A DNA stretch of 30,665 nt from Jiangellaceae bacterium (GCA_030146385.1 JASLBX010000004.1:1-30665); one strand, 5' to 3'; counted from the first letter of the stretch, positions 1-9,776 are shown. The notes: generated by a model from the sequence alone, not told the origin. Made by a program: numbers and translations.

Positions 1-257
1 CCGAACGGCACGTCGGTGCCGCCGACGGCCTGCAGGCCGAGATGGACCATCCCGTCCCCACCCACCACGACCAGACCGGCCACGCCGGCCGCCACGGCCT
101 CGCGGGCCATGTCCTCGCTCTCCCGGACATCGCGGCCGATCAGCTCGCGGACGTCCAGCCCGGCGTCGATGAGGCGCGCCGACGCGGCCTTCCCGGCTCG
201 TGCGCCACGGCCCCCGCCGGACGTCGGGTTGATCAGCAGCGCGATTTCACGGGTCAC
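1..257 (-). CDS. Diacylglycerol/lipid kinase family protein (YegS/Rv2252-like), N-terminal part; runs off the window
   Basis: Not in the ORF track. Manual translation from GTG at 257 gives MTREIALLINPTSGGGRG...LVVVGGDGMVHLGLQAV, with the NPxSG and GGDG motifs of the DAGK catalytic domain. This gene typically follows tatC in actinobacteria. Confidence 0.88.
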   Translation of the reverse strand, partial: MTREIALLINPTSGGGRGARAGKAASARLIDAGLDVRELIGRDVRESEDMAREAVAAGVAGLVVVGGDGMVHLGLQAVGGTDVPF

Positions 258-303
258 GCGCGAACATTAGCGCCCGGGCCAGCCACCCGGCACCCCCCGG
301 CCG

Positions 304-380
304 GTTCGATCACGTTCAGCATGCGTATGCCGGCCGTACCAGGCGCATGCGCATGGTGGAGTGCTGACAAACCTGGTGGA
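304..380. repeat. Dispersed palindromic repeat, family 1, copy A
   Basis: 66/77 identical by hand alignment to 30471-30547; starts GTTCGATCACGTTCAGCA; lies 3 nt beyond the tatC stop. Confidence 0.9.
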
Positions 381-383
381 GCT

Positions 384-1256
384 CTACGTGATGTCGTCGT
401 CGATGCGCCCGAGCTCGTCGAGTTGCTCGACTGGTGTGGCTTCATCCTCGGAGAGATCCATCCCGGCCAACCGGCTGCGCCGGCGGTCCATGACCCGGCA
501 CACGACGACCGCCGCCTCGAACAGCAGCCACATCGGTGTCGCCAGCATGATCAGAGTGAACGGATCGCCCGTGGGCGTGGCGACGGCGCCGAACGTGAAG
601 ATGCCGACGATCACCCACCGCCGAGCGGACGACAACATCTCGTGCCTCAGGACCCCGACCGCGTTCAGCAGGACGACGAAGATCGGCAGGAGGAAGCCGA
701 TACCGAACACGAGGACGATTCGGATGACGAACGAGAGGTATTCCTCGAACGGGATCAGGTTGTCGATCAGGTCGGTCGGCGTGAAGCTGAGCAGGAACTC
801 CCAGGCCCTGGGCATGATCCACAGCGCGAGGGCGACACCCGCGGCGAACATCGGCACTGCGGAACCGACGACGGCGGCGGCCCACCGCCGCTCATTGCGG
901 TACAGCGCCGGCGTGATGAAGGCCCACAGCTGGTAAATCCACACCGGCGCAGCAAGGATCAGGCCGGTGAGCATCGCGATCCGCAGTGGTATGAAGAGCG
1001 GATCGGTCGGCCTGGTGTACGTCGCGCGGGTCGCATCGGCGCCAGTGCGGGCCGCGGCCTCGTACATCGAGTCGGTCAGGAACTCGATGATCTGGTTCCG
1101 GAAGACGAAGCCGACGATGCCGAAGAGGAGGACGGCCAGCCCTGCCTTCACCATCCGCGACCTGAGTTCGCGCAGGTGCTCCCCGAGGGTCATCCGCCCT
1201 TCGGGATCCCTTTTCGGGCCAGACCCCTTACCGCGACGGCCGAGGATGGTCGCCAC
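384..1256 (-). CDS. tatC: Twin-arginine translocase subunit TatC
   Basis: MTLGEHLRELRSR, PVWIYQLWAFITPAL and ATPTGDPFTL motifs; multiple hydrophobic segments; follows tatA. Confidence 0.97.
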   Translation of the reverse strand: MATILGRRGKGSGPKRDPEGRMTLGEHLRELRSRMVKAGLAVLLFGIVGFVFRNQIIEFLTDSMYEAAARTGADATRATYTRPTDPLFIPLRIAMLTGLILAAPVWIYQLWAFITPALYRNERRWAAAVVGSAVPMFAAGVALALWIMPRAWEFLLSFTPTDLIDNLIPFEEYLSFVIRIVLVFGIGFLLPIFVVLLNAVGVLRHEMLSSARRWVIVGIFTFGAVATPTGDPFTLIMLATPMWLLFEAAVVVCRVMDRRRSRLAGMDLSEDEATPVEQLDELGRIDDDIT

Positions 1257-1274
1257 GAACCCCGCCGCCCCTGA

Positions 1275-1559
1275 TCAGGCGTCGCGGTTGGACGACTCGC
1301 CCTGCCGCTCGGCGGATTCCGCCTGCGGCGCGGGCTCAGCTGCGCGCGAGGCCTCGGCCGGCTGCGCCGTGTCGGTGTCGCCGGCACTGACCTCAGGCGT
1401 GGAATTCTTGTCGTCCTCCATCATGCCTTTGGTCTCCGCCCGGAAGATCCGGAGCGAGCTACCGAGTCCGCGGGCCAGCTCGGGCAGCCGCCGGGCACCG
1501 AACAGCAGCAGAATGAGCAGAGCGACGATCAGCAGCTGCCATGGTCCGATGTTGCCCAT
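1275..1559 (-). CDS. tatA: Twin-arginine translocase subunit TatA
   Basis: MGNIGPWQLLIVALLILLLFGARRLPELARGLGSSLRIF (TM helix, FG hinge, amphipathic helix); SD AAGGAAGAGG upstream. Confidence 0.97.
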   Translation of the reverse strand: MGNIGPWQLLIVALLILLLFGARRLPELARGLGSSLRIFRAETKGMMEDDKNSTPEVSAGDTDTAQPAEASRAAEPAPQAESAERQGESSNRDA

Positions 1560-1638
1560 GGTGTGACCTCTTCCTTTGTAGGGCCTGACCTCAATGGTAT
1601 GTCCGGGCGCGCCTCAAACCCTAAGCCGGCCGGGCTCG

Positions 1639-1812
1639 CTACTTGCGGGGCGATCCTACGACCTGTTCCACGTCGCTCGACAGGCCGCCCACCTCCTGGC
1701 CCAGCCGGGCGGTCTTCCGCCACACCGATCGCACCGAGAGCACGACCAGCATGACCGCGCCCACAAACAGCAGCGCGGCAACGATCCACAGGACGATGGC
1801 CGCAGTCGACAT
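1639..1812 (-). CDS. Small single-pass membrane protein, 57 aa, unknown function
   Basis: MSTAAIVLWIVAALLFVGAVMLVVLSVRSVWRKTARLGQEVGGLSSDVEQVVGSPRK*. ATG with upstream AAGGTGAGG, 11 nt after the pafC stop, and GC-rich third codon positions. Confidence 0.8.
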   Translation of the reverse strand: MSTAAIVLWIVAALLFVGAVMLVVLSVRSVWRKTARLGQEVGGLSSDVEQVVGSPRK

Positions 1813-1823
1813 CGCGCCTCACC

Positions 1824-2813
1824 TTAGCCCGACTGCGATTCGATGACATCAAGCGCCGCCTTCGCCTCAGCGACCACGTCGGCCGCCAGGTCGGCGGGCT
1901 CAACTACGCGTCCCGTCCCGCCCAAACGCAACACCAGGCGCCGCAGCCACCGGCGGTCGGCGACCCGCAGCCGGATGGTCAGCCCGCCGTCGTCGTTCTC
2001 GGTCACCGACTCACACGGGTAGTACTCGGCGACCCACCGTCCGGCCGGCGTGACCCCGAGGGTGACCAGCTCATCGTCCGGCGACGGCTGGAAGATTCCC
2101 GCGCTCAGGTCGCGCGCCCGTGCCTGGGGCGGGACGGACGCCGGTACATCCAAGATGGAGATGGCGGCCACCCGGTCCAGTCGGAACAGCCGTTCGGCCT
2201 CCGCGCGGCGGCACCATCCCTCGAGGTAGAGCCGTCCGTCGGCGAGGGCCAGCCGCATCGGGTCGACGTCGCGTTCGGTCGTCTCGTCGCGGCCGGGGAC
2301 CCAGTACGACAGGTGCAAGCGGCGCTTGTCGTCCAGCGCCCGACGGACGACGGCCGCCACCTCGGCCACCGAGTCGCCGTCCACCTCGACCCGCACGTCG
2401 GCGGCCCGCTCGGCAGCCGATCCGGCGGCCTGCTCGAGCTTGGCGATCGCCCGGTCGATCGCGCCCCGGTCGTAGGACCCCGGCATCGCCGCCAGCGTGC
2501 GCAGTGCTACCACCAGGGCCAGCGCCTCGTCGGTACCGAGCCGCAGCGGACGGGCCAGGTAGTCGGCGTTCGACACGCTGATGACGCCCTCGCCCTCGAC
2601 GGCATCCATGTCGACCTCGATGTAGTCGCCCATGGCCAGCCCGGGCAGGCCGGAGAACCACAGCACGTTGAGGTCGCGCAGAATCTGCCGCTCACTGACG
2701 CCGAACAACTCGGCCACGTCGGCCAGCCGGGCATTCGGGTGCGAGAGCAGGTACGGCAGCAGCGACAGCAGCCGGGCTACCTGCTGCTGCGCACCGCTGG
2801 CTCGCTGGGTCAC
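1824..2813 (-). CDS. pafC: WYL-domain transcriptional activator PafC
   Basis: N-terminal HTH (RLLSLLPYL...VAELFGVSERQILRDL) and WYL domain (ERDVDPMRL...LYLEGWCRRAEAERLFRLDRV). GTG at 2813 overlaps the pafB TGA (GTGA); the ORF-track start at 2960 is an over-extension. Confidence 0.93.
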   Translation of the reverse strand: MTQRASGAQQQVARLLSLLPYLLSHPNARLADVAELFGVSERQILRDLNVLWFSGLPGLAMGDYIEVDMDAVEGEGVISVSNADYLARPLRLGTDEALALVVALRTLAAMPGSYDRGAIDRAIAKLEQAAGSAAERAADVRVEVDGDSVAEVAAVVRRALDDKRRLHLSYWVPGRDETTERDVDPMRLALADGRLYLEGWCRRAEAERLFRLDRVAAISILDVPASVPPQARARDLSAGIFQPSPDDELVTLGVTPAGRWVAEYYPCESVTENDDGGLTIRLRVADRRWLRRLVLRLGGTGRVVEPADLAADVVAEAKAALDVIESQSG

Positions 2814-3772
2814 GCCGCGGCCTCCACCACCGCACGGAGGCGTTCGACGACGCGCTTGCGCACGTCCTCCGGCTCCACCGCGACGACGTCGGCGCCGTAC
2901 CCGGCGAGCTCTTCGGCCAGCACACCACCGTCCGAGTACGGGACGCTCAGCTCGTCCCACCCGTCCGAACCGACCCGGGTACCCGTCGCACGCCGCCGCA
3001 GGCCGTACCCACTGCCCTGGCGCACCCGGATGCGGGCACTTGCCGTCTGCCGGGCCGGGGCCAGCGCGCCTGCGGCCTCGCGAACCTGGTCGGCCGGGGG
3101 GACGTCGTACGAGCCCGGCTGGCCGGCGGGCTTGACGTCACCGACGATCCGCGACAGCCGGAACAGCCGTGGCCCGTTGCGCGCCAGGTCGTGACCGACG
3201 ACGTACCAGCGGCCGTGCCAGGACAGCACGCTCCACGGCTGGAGACTGCGCTGCATGGCGCGCCCGGTGGGGTTCTTGCGGTACGAGAACGTGACGGGAC
3301 GCCGGTCGCGGACTGCCTCCCACATCGGCAGAAACGCGGGCTCCTCAACGGCGAGCCTTGGCTCGATCGCGGCCAGCGCGGAGGTGTCGGTCTCGACGCC
3401 GGCTGCCCGCAGTTTCAGCACCGCGCTACTGGTGGCCTCCGCCAGGCTGGCGTGCTGCCACACGCGCGCGGCCAGGCCGATCACGGCGGCCTCGTCCGGC
3501 TCAAGGCTTATCTCCGGCAGCTCGAAGTCCTGCCGGCGGATGCGGTAGCCCGGTTCCTCGTCGCCGAACGGGTCGAACGAGCCGGTCTCGATGGGAATGC
3601 CGAGTTCGCGGAGCTCCTCCTTGTCGCGCTCAAACATGCGCTCGAAGGCCTCGGGAGTCTGATCGCCGTAGCCGCCGACGACCTGCCGGATGCGGCTCTT
3701 CGGCACGAAGCCGCGGGATACCAGCAGGCAGATGACGAGGTTCATCAGCCGTTCGCTCTTGGCTTGGTTCAC
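2810..3772 (-). CDS. pafB: WYL-domain transcriptional activator PafB
   Basis: KSERLMNLVICLL, FERMFERDKEELRELGIPI and GRWYVVGHD...RLFRLSRI motifs. Start placed at GTG 3772 after a purine-rich SD. Confidence 0.94.
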   Translation of the reverse strand: MNQAKSERLMNLVICLLVSRGFVPKSRIRQVVGGYGDQTPEAFERMFERDKEELRELGIPIETGSFDPFGDEEPGYRIRRQDFELPEISLEPDEAAVIGLAARVWQHASLAEATSSAVLKLRAAGVETDTSALAAIEPRLAVEEPAFLPMWEAVRDRRPVTFSYRKNPTGRAMQRSLQPWSVLSWHGRWYVVGHDLARNGPRLFRLSRIVGDVKPAGQPGSYDVPPADQVREAAGALAPARQTASARIRVRQGSGYGLRRRATGTRVGSDGWDELSVPYSDGGVLAEELAGYGADVVAVEPEDVRKRVVERLRAVVEAAA

Positions 3773-3798
3773 CGCCAGTCCCCTTCCCCTCCACACGA

Positions 3799-3822
3799 GA
3801 GGCTAGCCGAGTCACTAGCCTC
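3799..3822. promoter_or_regulatory. Back-to-back divergent -10 elements (TAGCCT on each strand) for pafB and the DUF3866 gene
   Basis: GAGGCTAG-N8-CTAGCCTC inverted repeat; the + strand TAGCCT (3816-3821) lies 6 nt before GTG 3828. Confidence 0.6.
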
Positions 3823-3827
3823 GGAGC

Positions 3828-4937
3828 GTGGTCCGATGGCGTAGTGGTGTCGTGGTGTCGATCCGCCGGACGTGGGCCGGTGCGCGCGAGCTGGCAGTGA
3901 CTGTGGACGGCGGCGGCGAACCGGTCGCTGCCCTAGCCTACCCGGATCTGGTCGGCGATCCGCAGGTCGGCGACCGGGTTCTGCTCAACACCGGCGCGCT
4001 GGCGCTCGGGCTGGGGACGGGCGGGTACGCGCTGGTCGTGGCGCTGCCAGACCGGTTGCCGGACGATCCTCTGCCGGGTCCCGGGCACCTGGTGAAGGCC
4101 CGGTATACACCGCTGCAGTCGACTGTCCTGGGTGTCGACGAGCAGGAGTCGCCGCACCACGAACTGCTCCGCGACTCCGACTCGCTGGACGGGATGCCGG
4201 TCGTGACGGCCGACCTGCATTCGGCGCTGCCTGCGGTACTCGCTGGCGTGCGGGACGCCGCGCCCGAAGCACGGGCCGTCTACGTCATGACGGACGGCGG
4301 GGCGCTGCCGCTGTGGTTCAGCCGGACGGTGTCCGCACTGCGTGACGCCGAGTGGCTCGCCGGCAGCGTGACGGTCGGCCAGGCGTTCGGCGGGGACGCC
4401 GAAGCGGTGACGCTGCACACCGGCCTGCTGGCGGCGCGCCACGTGCTCGGGGCCGACCTGGCCGTCGTCACCCAGGGGCCGGGCAACCTCGGCACCGGCA
4501 CGCGGTGGGGATTCTCAGGGGTCGCCTGCGGCGAGGCGGTCAACGCCGCGGCGGTGCTGGACGGACGTCCGGTCGCCTCGTTGCGCATCAGTACCGCCGA
4601 CCCGCGAGAACGGCACCAGGGGGTGTCGCACCACAGTCTGACGGCCTACGGCAGGGTGGCGCTCGCGGCCGCGGACGTCGTCGTACCCGAACTGCCCGGG
4701 ACGTTCGGAGACACCGTCCGCGAGCAGGCGTCGCGGCTTGCCCAGCACCGGATCGTCAACGTCCCGGTGGACGGCCTGCTGGACGCGCTGCGCGCGGCTC
4801 CGGTCAGGTTGTCGACGATGGGCCGCGGGCTGGACGAAGACGCCGAATACTTCCTCGCCGCCGCCGCGGCCGGCCGCCACGCGGCGCTTCGCTCGAGCTG
4901 CGTCAGCGGACGTCGAGCAGGTCGACGACGAAGATGA
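3828..4937 (+). CDS. DUF3866 family protein
   Basis: GDRVLLNT..L.LGLGTGGY, GHLVKARYTPLQ, DLHSALP, YVMTDGGALP and QGPGNLGTGTRWGFSG motifs recognised as DUF3866. Confidence 0.88.
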   Translation: MVRWRSGVVVSIRRTWAGARELAVTVDGGGEPVAALAYPDLVGDPQVGDRVLLNTGALALGLGTGGYALVVALPDRLPDDPLPGPGHLVKARYTPLQSTVLGVDEQESPHHELLRDSDSLDGMPVVTADLHSALPAVLAGVRDAAPEARAVYVMTDGGALPLWFSRTVSALRDAEWLAGSVTVGQAFGGDAEAVTLHTGLLAARHVLGADLAVVTQGPGNLGTGTRWGFSGVACGEAVNAAAVLDGRPVASLRISTADPRERHQGVSHHSLTAYGRVALAAADVVVPELPGTFGDTVREQASRLAQHRIVNVPVDGLLDALRAAPVRLSTMGRGLDEDAEYFLAAAAAGRHAALRSSCVSGRRAGRRRR

Positions 4938-5277
4938 GCGTCTCGCCGGGTGCGATGACCTGGCCGGCACCGCGGTCGCCGTAACCCAGGTGCGGCGGAA
5001 TCACCAGGCGGCGCCGTCCCCCGACCTTCATGCCCTGCACGCCCTGGTCCCAGCCGGCGATCACCTTGCCACCGCCGAGCGGGAACGCGAACGGCGCGCC
5101 GCGGTTCCACGAAGCGTCGAATTCCTCGCCGGTCGAGTAGGACACGCCGACATAGTGGACCACCGCGGTCGTGCCGGCCGTCGCCTCCACCCCGTCCCCA
5201 ACGACGAGGTCCTCGGTGACCAGGTCGTCGGGCGGCGGAAAGTCAGGGAAGTCGATCTCGGGACGTTCGAGGGTCAC
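4903..5277 (-). CDS. Cytoplasmic FKBP-type peptidyl-prolyl cis-trans isomerase
   Basis: VHYVG...FDASWNRG..F.F.LG...VIAGWDQGV.GMKVGGRRRL.IPPHLGYG; complete FKBP domain. Confidence 0.96.
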   Translation of the reverse strand: MTLERPEIDFPDFPPPDDLVTEDLVVGDGVEATAGTTAVVHYVGVSYSTGEEFDASWNRGAPFAFPLGGGKVIAGWDQGVQGMKVGGRRRLVIPPHLGYGDRGAGQVIAPGETLIFVVDLLDVR

Positions 5278-5278
5278 C

Positions 5279-6295
5279 TCAGTAGCTCCCCACGATGTCG
5301 ATGACTATGGCGATCGGCTCGCCTTCGGCATTCTCTTCCGTCACGTTGTCCTGTGGGGCGATGCGCACCAGCAACCGGGATCCGGCCTTCTGGCCCTCGA
5401 TGGTCTCCACCAGGCCAGGCACCGGGGTCTGCTCCGCGTTGATCACTGTGACGCTGCCCTCGGTCCACGAGGAGAAGCCGTTCTCACCGGTCTCGTACGA
5501 AACCTCCAGGAACTTCACGACGAGGTTCGAGCTGAGGTCGGCGCCGTCACCGGCGACGATCAGATCAGTGGTCGACTCCGACACGGGCTCGGCCGACTCC
5601 GGGAACTCGACCACCGGCTCGTCTGCGCCCTCGCCGGTGACCGTCGGCATGTCGTCCGGCAGGTCCGTCACTGGCTCACCGGAGATCGGTGTGTCGATGT
5701 TGTACGACTCGATGATGTCCACCACGAACACCAACGTGTCCTCGGCGAGATCGTGATCCGCCTGGGCACCGTAGCCCATCTCCGCGGGGACCGACAGCAG
5801 TACCCTCGAGCCGACCTGCTGGCCGACCAGGCCCTCGTCCCAGCCCTGGATGAGCTGGCCCAGTCCAACGGGGAATCCGACCGGCTCGCCGCGGTCATAG
5901 GAGTTGTCGAAGACGTACGGAACCGGGCCGTCGGAGTCTGCGGCGGCTTCGTCGGTCGGCTCGGCGCCCTCCTCGGCAGTTGCGTCAGCGGGGGCATCGG
6001 TGGGCAGATCAGCCGGGTCACGCGGTTCCCACGTCTGGCCGAGATAGTTCACGACCAGAAAGTCGCCGGCAGCCACCTTGGCGCCGTCGCCTTCGGAGAG
6101 GACCTCGACGACGAGTTCCTCCGACGGTTCATCCGATGGCACGGTGATCTCAGGCTTTTCGCCAAACTCGCCGGACGCGCTGAGTTCGCTGGCGTCGCCG
6201 CGGTCGCCGCCGGAGTCCGAGCCGCACGCGCCGAGCACGACGACGCTACCGAGCACGGCGGCGACAAGGGTTGGGTATCGACGCACGAGGGACAT
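5279..6295 (-). CDS. Lipoprotein FKBP-type PPIase with two FKBP-like domains
   Basis: Signal peptide with lipobox LGAC. First domain has VNYLGQ..FDNSY..LIQGWDEGL..VGSRVLL.VP..GYG; the second domain is degenerate. Confidence 0.9.
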   Translation of the reverse strand: MSLVRRYPTLVAAVLGSVVVLGACGSDSGGDRGDASELSASGEFGEKPEITVPSDEPSEELVVEVLSEGDGAKVAAGDFLVVNYLGQTWEPRDPADLPTDAPADATAEEGAEPTDEAAADSDGPVPYVFDNSYDRGEPVGFPVGLGQLIQGWDEGLVGQQVGSRVLLSVPAEMGYGAQADHDLAEDTLVFVVDIIESYNIDTPISGEPVTDLPDDMPTVTGEGADEPVVEFPESAEPVSESTTDLIVAGDGADLSSNLVVKFLEVSYETGENGFSSWTEGSVTVINAEQTPVPGLVETIEGQKAGSRLLVRIAPQDNVTEENAEGEPIAIVIDIVGSY

Positions 6296-6365
6296 GTCCT
6301 AACCAGAAGAGGGCGTACACGCAGCAGTTACCCTAACTCGCCTGACTGAGAACGAGATGAGAGGA

Positions 6366-7727
6366 CTACATGCTGGCGATGAGCTTTTCGACCCGCTCGT
6401 CGACCGAGCGGAACGGGTCCTTGCAGAGTACCGTCCGCTGGGCCTGGTCATTAAGTTTGAGGTGAACCCAATCTACGGTGAAGTCGCGCCGCCGTTCTTG
6501 CGCGCGTCGGATGAACTCGCCACGCAGCCGGGCCCGCGTCGTCTGCGGCGGGATGGACTTGGCAGCGAAGACGGCCACGTCATGGCAGACCCGCTCGACT
6601 GCACCGCGCCGCTCCAGCAGGTAGTACAGCCCGCGCCGACGGTGGATGTCGTGGTACGCCAGATCAAGTTGGGCCACCCGCGGATGGGTCAGCGATATGG
6701 AGTGCTTCTCGCGGTACCGCTCGATCATCCGGAGCTTTGTCACCCAGTCGATCTCGCGCTCGACTAGCGACAGGTCGCCGGAGTCGATGGCCTTGATGGT
6801 GCGCTCCCAGAGGTCGAGGACCCGCTTGATCACCGGAGTCGCCAGCTTGCGCCGGTCGACGAAGTCACGGGCCTTGGTGTAGTACTCCTCCTGGATCTCC
6901 AGGGCTGAGGCCTCGCGGCCGTTGGCGAGCCGCACCTTGCGGCGGCCCGTGACGTCGTGGCTGATCTCGCGGATCGCCCGGATCGGGTTCTCGAGCGACA
7001 GATCACGCAGCCCCGCCCCGGCTTCGATCATCCGCAGCACGAGGTCGGTCGCGCCAACCTTGAGCAACGTGGTGCACTCGTTCATGTTCGAGTCGCCGAC
7101 GATCACATGCAGCCGGCGGTACCGCTCAGCGTCCGCGTGCGGTTCGTCCCTGGTGTTGATGATGGGACGGCTACGGGTGGTCGCGCTGGACACGCCTTCC
7201 CAGATGTGCTCGGCCCGCTGGCTAACCGCGAAGACGGCGCCGCGCGGGGTCTGGAGCACCTTTCCGGCGCCGCAGATGATCTGCCGGGTGACCAGGAATG
7301 GGATCAGGACGTCCGCCAGCCGCGAGAACTCGCCATGCCGGCCGACGAGGTAGTTCTCGTGGCAGCCGTACGAGTTGCCCGCCGAGTCGGTGTTGTTCTT
7401 GAACAGGTAGACGTCGCCGGCGATGCCCTCCTCGCGCAGCCGCTTCTCAGCGTCCACCAGCAGCCCTTCGAGGACGCGCTCGCCCGCCTTGTCATGCGTC
7501 ACCAGGTCGACGATCGAGTCACATTCGGGGGTGGCGTACTCGGGGTGGCTGCCGACGTCGAGGTAGAGCCGAGCGCCGTTGGAAAGGAAGACGTTGCTGC
7601 TGCGGCCCCATGTCACGACCCGGCGGAACAGGTACCGCGCGACCTCGTCGGGTGAGAGTCGCCGCTGGCCCCGGAACGTACACGTGACGCCATACTCGTT
7701 CTCGAGCCCGAAGATGCGGCGATCCAT
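6366..7727 (-). CDS. pafA: Pup--protein ligase
   Basis: [43 protein letters not shown] and C-terminal [21 protein letters not shown]; 453 aa. Confidence 0.98.
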   Translation of the reverse strand: MDRRIFGLENEYGVTCTFRGQRRLSPDEVARYLFRRVVTWGRSSNVFLSNGARLYLDVGSHPEYATPECDSIVDLVTHDKAGERVLEGLLVDAEKRLREEGIAGDVYLFKNNTDSAGNSYGCHENYLVGRHGEFSRLADVLIPFLVTRQIICGAGKVLQTPRGAVFAVSQRAEHIWEGVSSATTRSRPIINTRDEPHADAERYRRLHVIVGDSNMNECTTLLKVGATDLVLRMIEAGAGLRDLSLENPIRAIREISHDVTGRRKVRLANGREASALEIQEEYYTKARDFVDRRKLATPVIKRVLDLWERTIKAIDSGDLSLVEREIDWVTKLRMIERYREKHSISLTHPRVAQLDLAYHDIHRRRGLYYLLERRGAVERVCHDVAVFAAKSIPPQTTRARLRGEFIRRAQERRRDFTVDWVHLKLNDQAQRTVLCKDPFRSVDERVEKLIASM

Positions 7728-7755
7728 GCACCCAGCCTACGTGTCCGAGGCCTGA

Positions 7756-8556
7756 CTAGGCCGTCGGCGGTTCCTCTGTCGTTCCGCCGGTCGACGTGCC
7801 GTCCTGCGGGCCGGACTCGCCTTCCGGACTGGCCGGCGTAGCCGATGCGGCGCCCTGGCCGTTGCCGAGCAACTCCTGGAGCCTCGCGGGCGTGATGCGC
7901 TTGAACTTGCGCCTGGGTCGGTTGCGGTCGAGCAGCGCCACCTCGAGGGCCTCCGTGGTGAGCCGCCGCACCTCGCCTGACGCGTTGTCGCGGCCGAGGG
8001 CAGCGACCGCGAGCCGGGCGGCGTCGTCGAAGCTCATGGCCTCCCGGTAGTTCTCGGACAGGTGCCGGCTGACGAGATCGGCGGCGCCGCCCATGACCGC
8101 GAAGCCGTGCTCGTCGACGACCGAGCCCTCGTAGGTGAGCCGGTAGATCTGGTCGTCAGCGGCGCTGTCGCCGACCTCGGCCACGGCGATCTCGACCTCG
8201 TACGGCTTCGGCTGGGTGGTGAAGATCGCGTCCAGCGTCTGCGCGTAGGTGTTGGCCAGCGCCCGGCCGTTGACGTCGGCCCGGTCGAACGAGTACCCGC
8301 GGAGGTCGGCCAGCCGCACCCCGGCGATCCGCAGGCTCTCCAGCTCCGGGTAGCGGCCGGCCGCGGCGAACGCGATGCGGTCGTAGATCTCGCTGATCTT
8401 GTGCAGGGAGCGGGACAGGTTCTCGGCGACGAACAGGATGCCGTGCTCGTACTGCATCACGATCACGGACCGCCCGCGAGCGATGCCCTTTCGGGCGTAG
8501 TCGGCCTTGTCCTTGTAGAACTGCTCCGGCGAGACGTATCCGAACTGCATCGACAC
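7756..8556 (-). CDS. prcA: 20S proteasome alpha subunit
   Basis: [34 protein letters not shown] and KPYEVEI.VAEVG motifs; the start could be ATG 8550. Confidence 0.97.
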   Translation of the reverse strand: MSMQFGYVSPEQFYKDKADYARKGIARGRSVIVMQYEHGILFVAENLSRSLHKISEIYDRIAFAAAGRYPELESLRIAGVRLADLRGYSFDRADVNGRALANTYAQTLDAIFTTQPKPYEVEIAVAEVGDSAADDQIYRLTYEGSVVDEHGFAVMGGAADLVSRHLSENYREAMSFDDAARLAVAALGRDNASGEVRRLTTEALEVALLDRNRPRRKFKRITPARLQELLGNGQGAASATPASPEGESGPQDGTSTGGTTEEPPTA

Positions 8557-8598
8557 GGACGCTCAAGTCCCTTCGGCTAGTGGTGGCGGGTACGGAGG

Positions 8599-9438
8599 CT
8601 ACTCGACGGGAGCGTTGGGGCCGTCAGGACGCTGGTTGCGGCCCGCGACGACCCGCTCGACGACCTCGCCGACGGCGGAGTCGTCCAGGCGGCGGTATCC
8701 CTCGGCGTCCACCAGCGCGACGATCGGGTAGATCCGCCGCTGGAGATCGGGACCGCCGGTGGCCGAGTCGTCGTCGGCGGCGTCGTAGAGCGCCTGCACG
8801 CACACCGCGACAGCCTCGTCGGCCGTCAAGTCGGGCCGGTACAGCTTCTTCTGAGCCCCGCGTGCGAACAGCGACCCGGAGCCGACCGCGTAGTACGAGT
8901 GCTCTTCGTACCGGCCGCCGGTGATGTCGTATGAGAAGATCCGCCCATCCTTCTCGATGTGGTCGTAGCCGGCGAACAGCGGCACGGCCGCGAGGCCCTG
9001 GAAGGCGAGCGCAATGTTGCCGCGGATCATGTGCGAGAGCCGGTTGGCCTTGCCCTCCAGCGACAGTGCCGTGCCTTCGATCTTCTCGTAGTGCTCTAGC
9101 TCGAGCTGGAAGAGGCGGACGAGCTCGACCGCGATCCCGGCTGTTCCAGCGATGCCGACTATGGAGTACTCGTCGGCTTGGAACACCTTCTCGATGTCGC
9201 GCTGGGCGATGATGTTGCCCATGGTGGCGCGCCGGTCGCCGGACATCACCACGCCGCCCGGATACGTCGCGGCCACGATCGTCGTGCCGTGCGGAATGTC
9301 GGTGCTGACCACGTTGCTCGGCGGGGTACGCCGTCCGGGCAGCATCTCCGGCGCGATACCCGCCAGAAAGTCAGTGAACGACGATGTTCCCGGCCGCATG
9401 AACGCAGCCGGGAGCCCGCTCGATTCCGACAGATCCAA
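8599..9438 (-). CDS. prcB: 20S proteasome beta subunit with propeptide
   Basis: [10 protein letters not shown] propeptide motif, HG|TTIVA autocleavage site (catalytic Thr1), [17 protein letters not shown] start 1 nt after the pup stop. Confidence 0.97.
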   Translation of the reverse strand: MDLSESSGLPAAFMRPGTSSFTDFLAGIAPEMLPGRRTPPSNVVSTDIPHGTTIVAATYPGGVVMSGDRRATMGNIIAQRDIEKVFQADEYSIVGIAGTAGIAVELVRLFQLELEHYEKIEGTALSLEGKANRLSHMIRGNIALAFQGLAAVPLFAGYDHIEKDGRIFSYDITGGRYEEHSYYAVGSGSLFARGAQKKLYRPDLTADEAVAVCVQALYDAADDDSATGGPDLQRRIYPIVALVDAEGYRRLDDSAVGEVVERVVAGRNQRPDGPNAPVE

Positions 9439-9439
9439 C

Positions 9440-9655
9440 CTATTCTCCGCCCTTCTGCACGAATCCGCGGACGAAGTCCTCTGCGTTCTCTTCGAGCACC
9501 TCGTCGATCTCGTCGAGCACCTCGTCGACGTCCTCGGCCAGCTTGTCCTGCCGCTCCTTCAGATCCTCGGAGACCTCGGCCGACTCATCAGTTTCGACGT
9601 CTTCGCTCTTGCGCGGCTGCTTGCGCTGCTGACCGCCACTCGTGTCACGCGCCAT
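9440..9655 (-). CDS. pup: Prokaryotic ubiquitin-like protein Pup
   Basis: 71 aa, [37 protein letters not shown]. Confidence 0.98.
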   Translation of the reverse strand: MARDTSGGQQRKQPRKSEDVETDESAEVSEDLKERQDKLAEDVDEVLDEIDEVLEENAEDFVRGFVQKGGE

Positions 9656-9688
9656 GGCTCACCTCCGAGAACTCGCGCGGTCTCATGG

Positions 9689-9714
9689 CATGACCCTACC
9701 CACCCGGACCGACG
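9689..9714 (-). promoter_or_regulatory. Putative pup-prcBA promoter CGTCGG-N10-TAGGGT
   Basis: Minus strand reads CGTCGG tccgggtggg TAGGGT CATG; shares GGGTAGGGTCATG with the arc upstream region. Confidence 0.55.
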
Positions 9715-9776
9715 TTTCGCGCGATCGTTACGTGCCCGGAATCGTCAGCCCTGAGCGAAGTTGCAGCCGCGGAATA

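Noticed and set aside
42..1274. 410-aa + strand ORF, and similar long ORFs at 5171-6349, 11742-13103 and 25035-26291
   Set aside because: Each is antisense to a well-supported gene and has no recognisable domain motifs.
1824..3772. Tandem WYL genes as a marker of a phage-defence island
   Set aside because: They are canonical PafB and PafC in their normal pafA-tatAC context, and no defence genes are nearby.
6330..6352. TTCTCAG-N10-TAGGGT upstream of the FKBP lipoprotein as another PafBC box
   Set aside because: The spacing fits but the GTC core is broken; more likely an ordinary -10 element.
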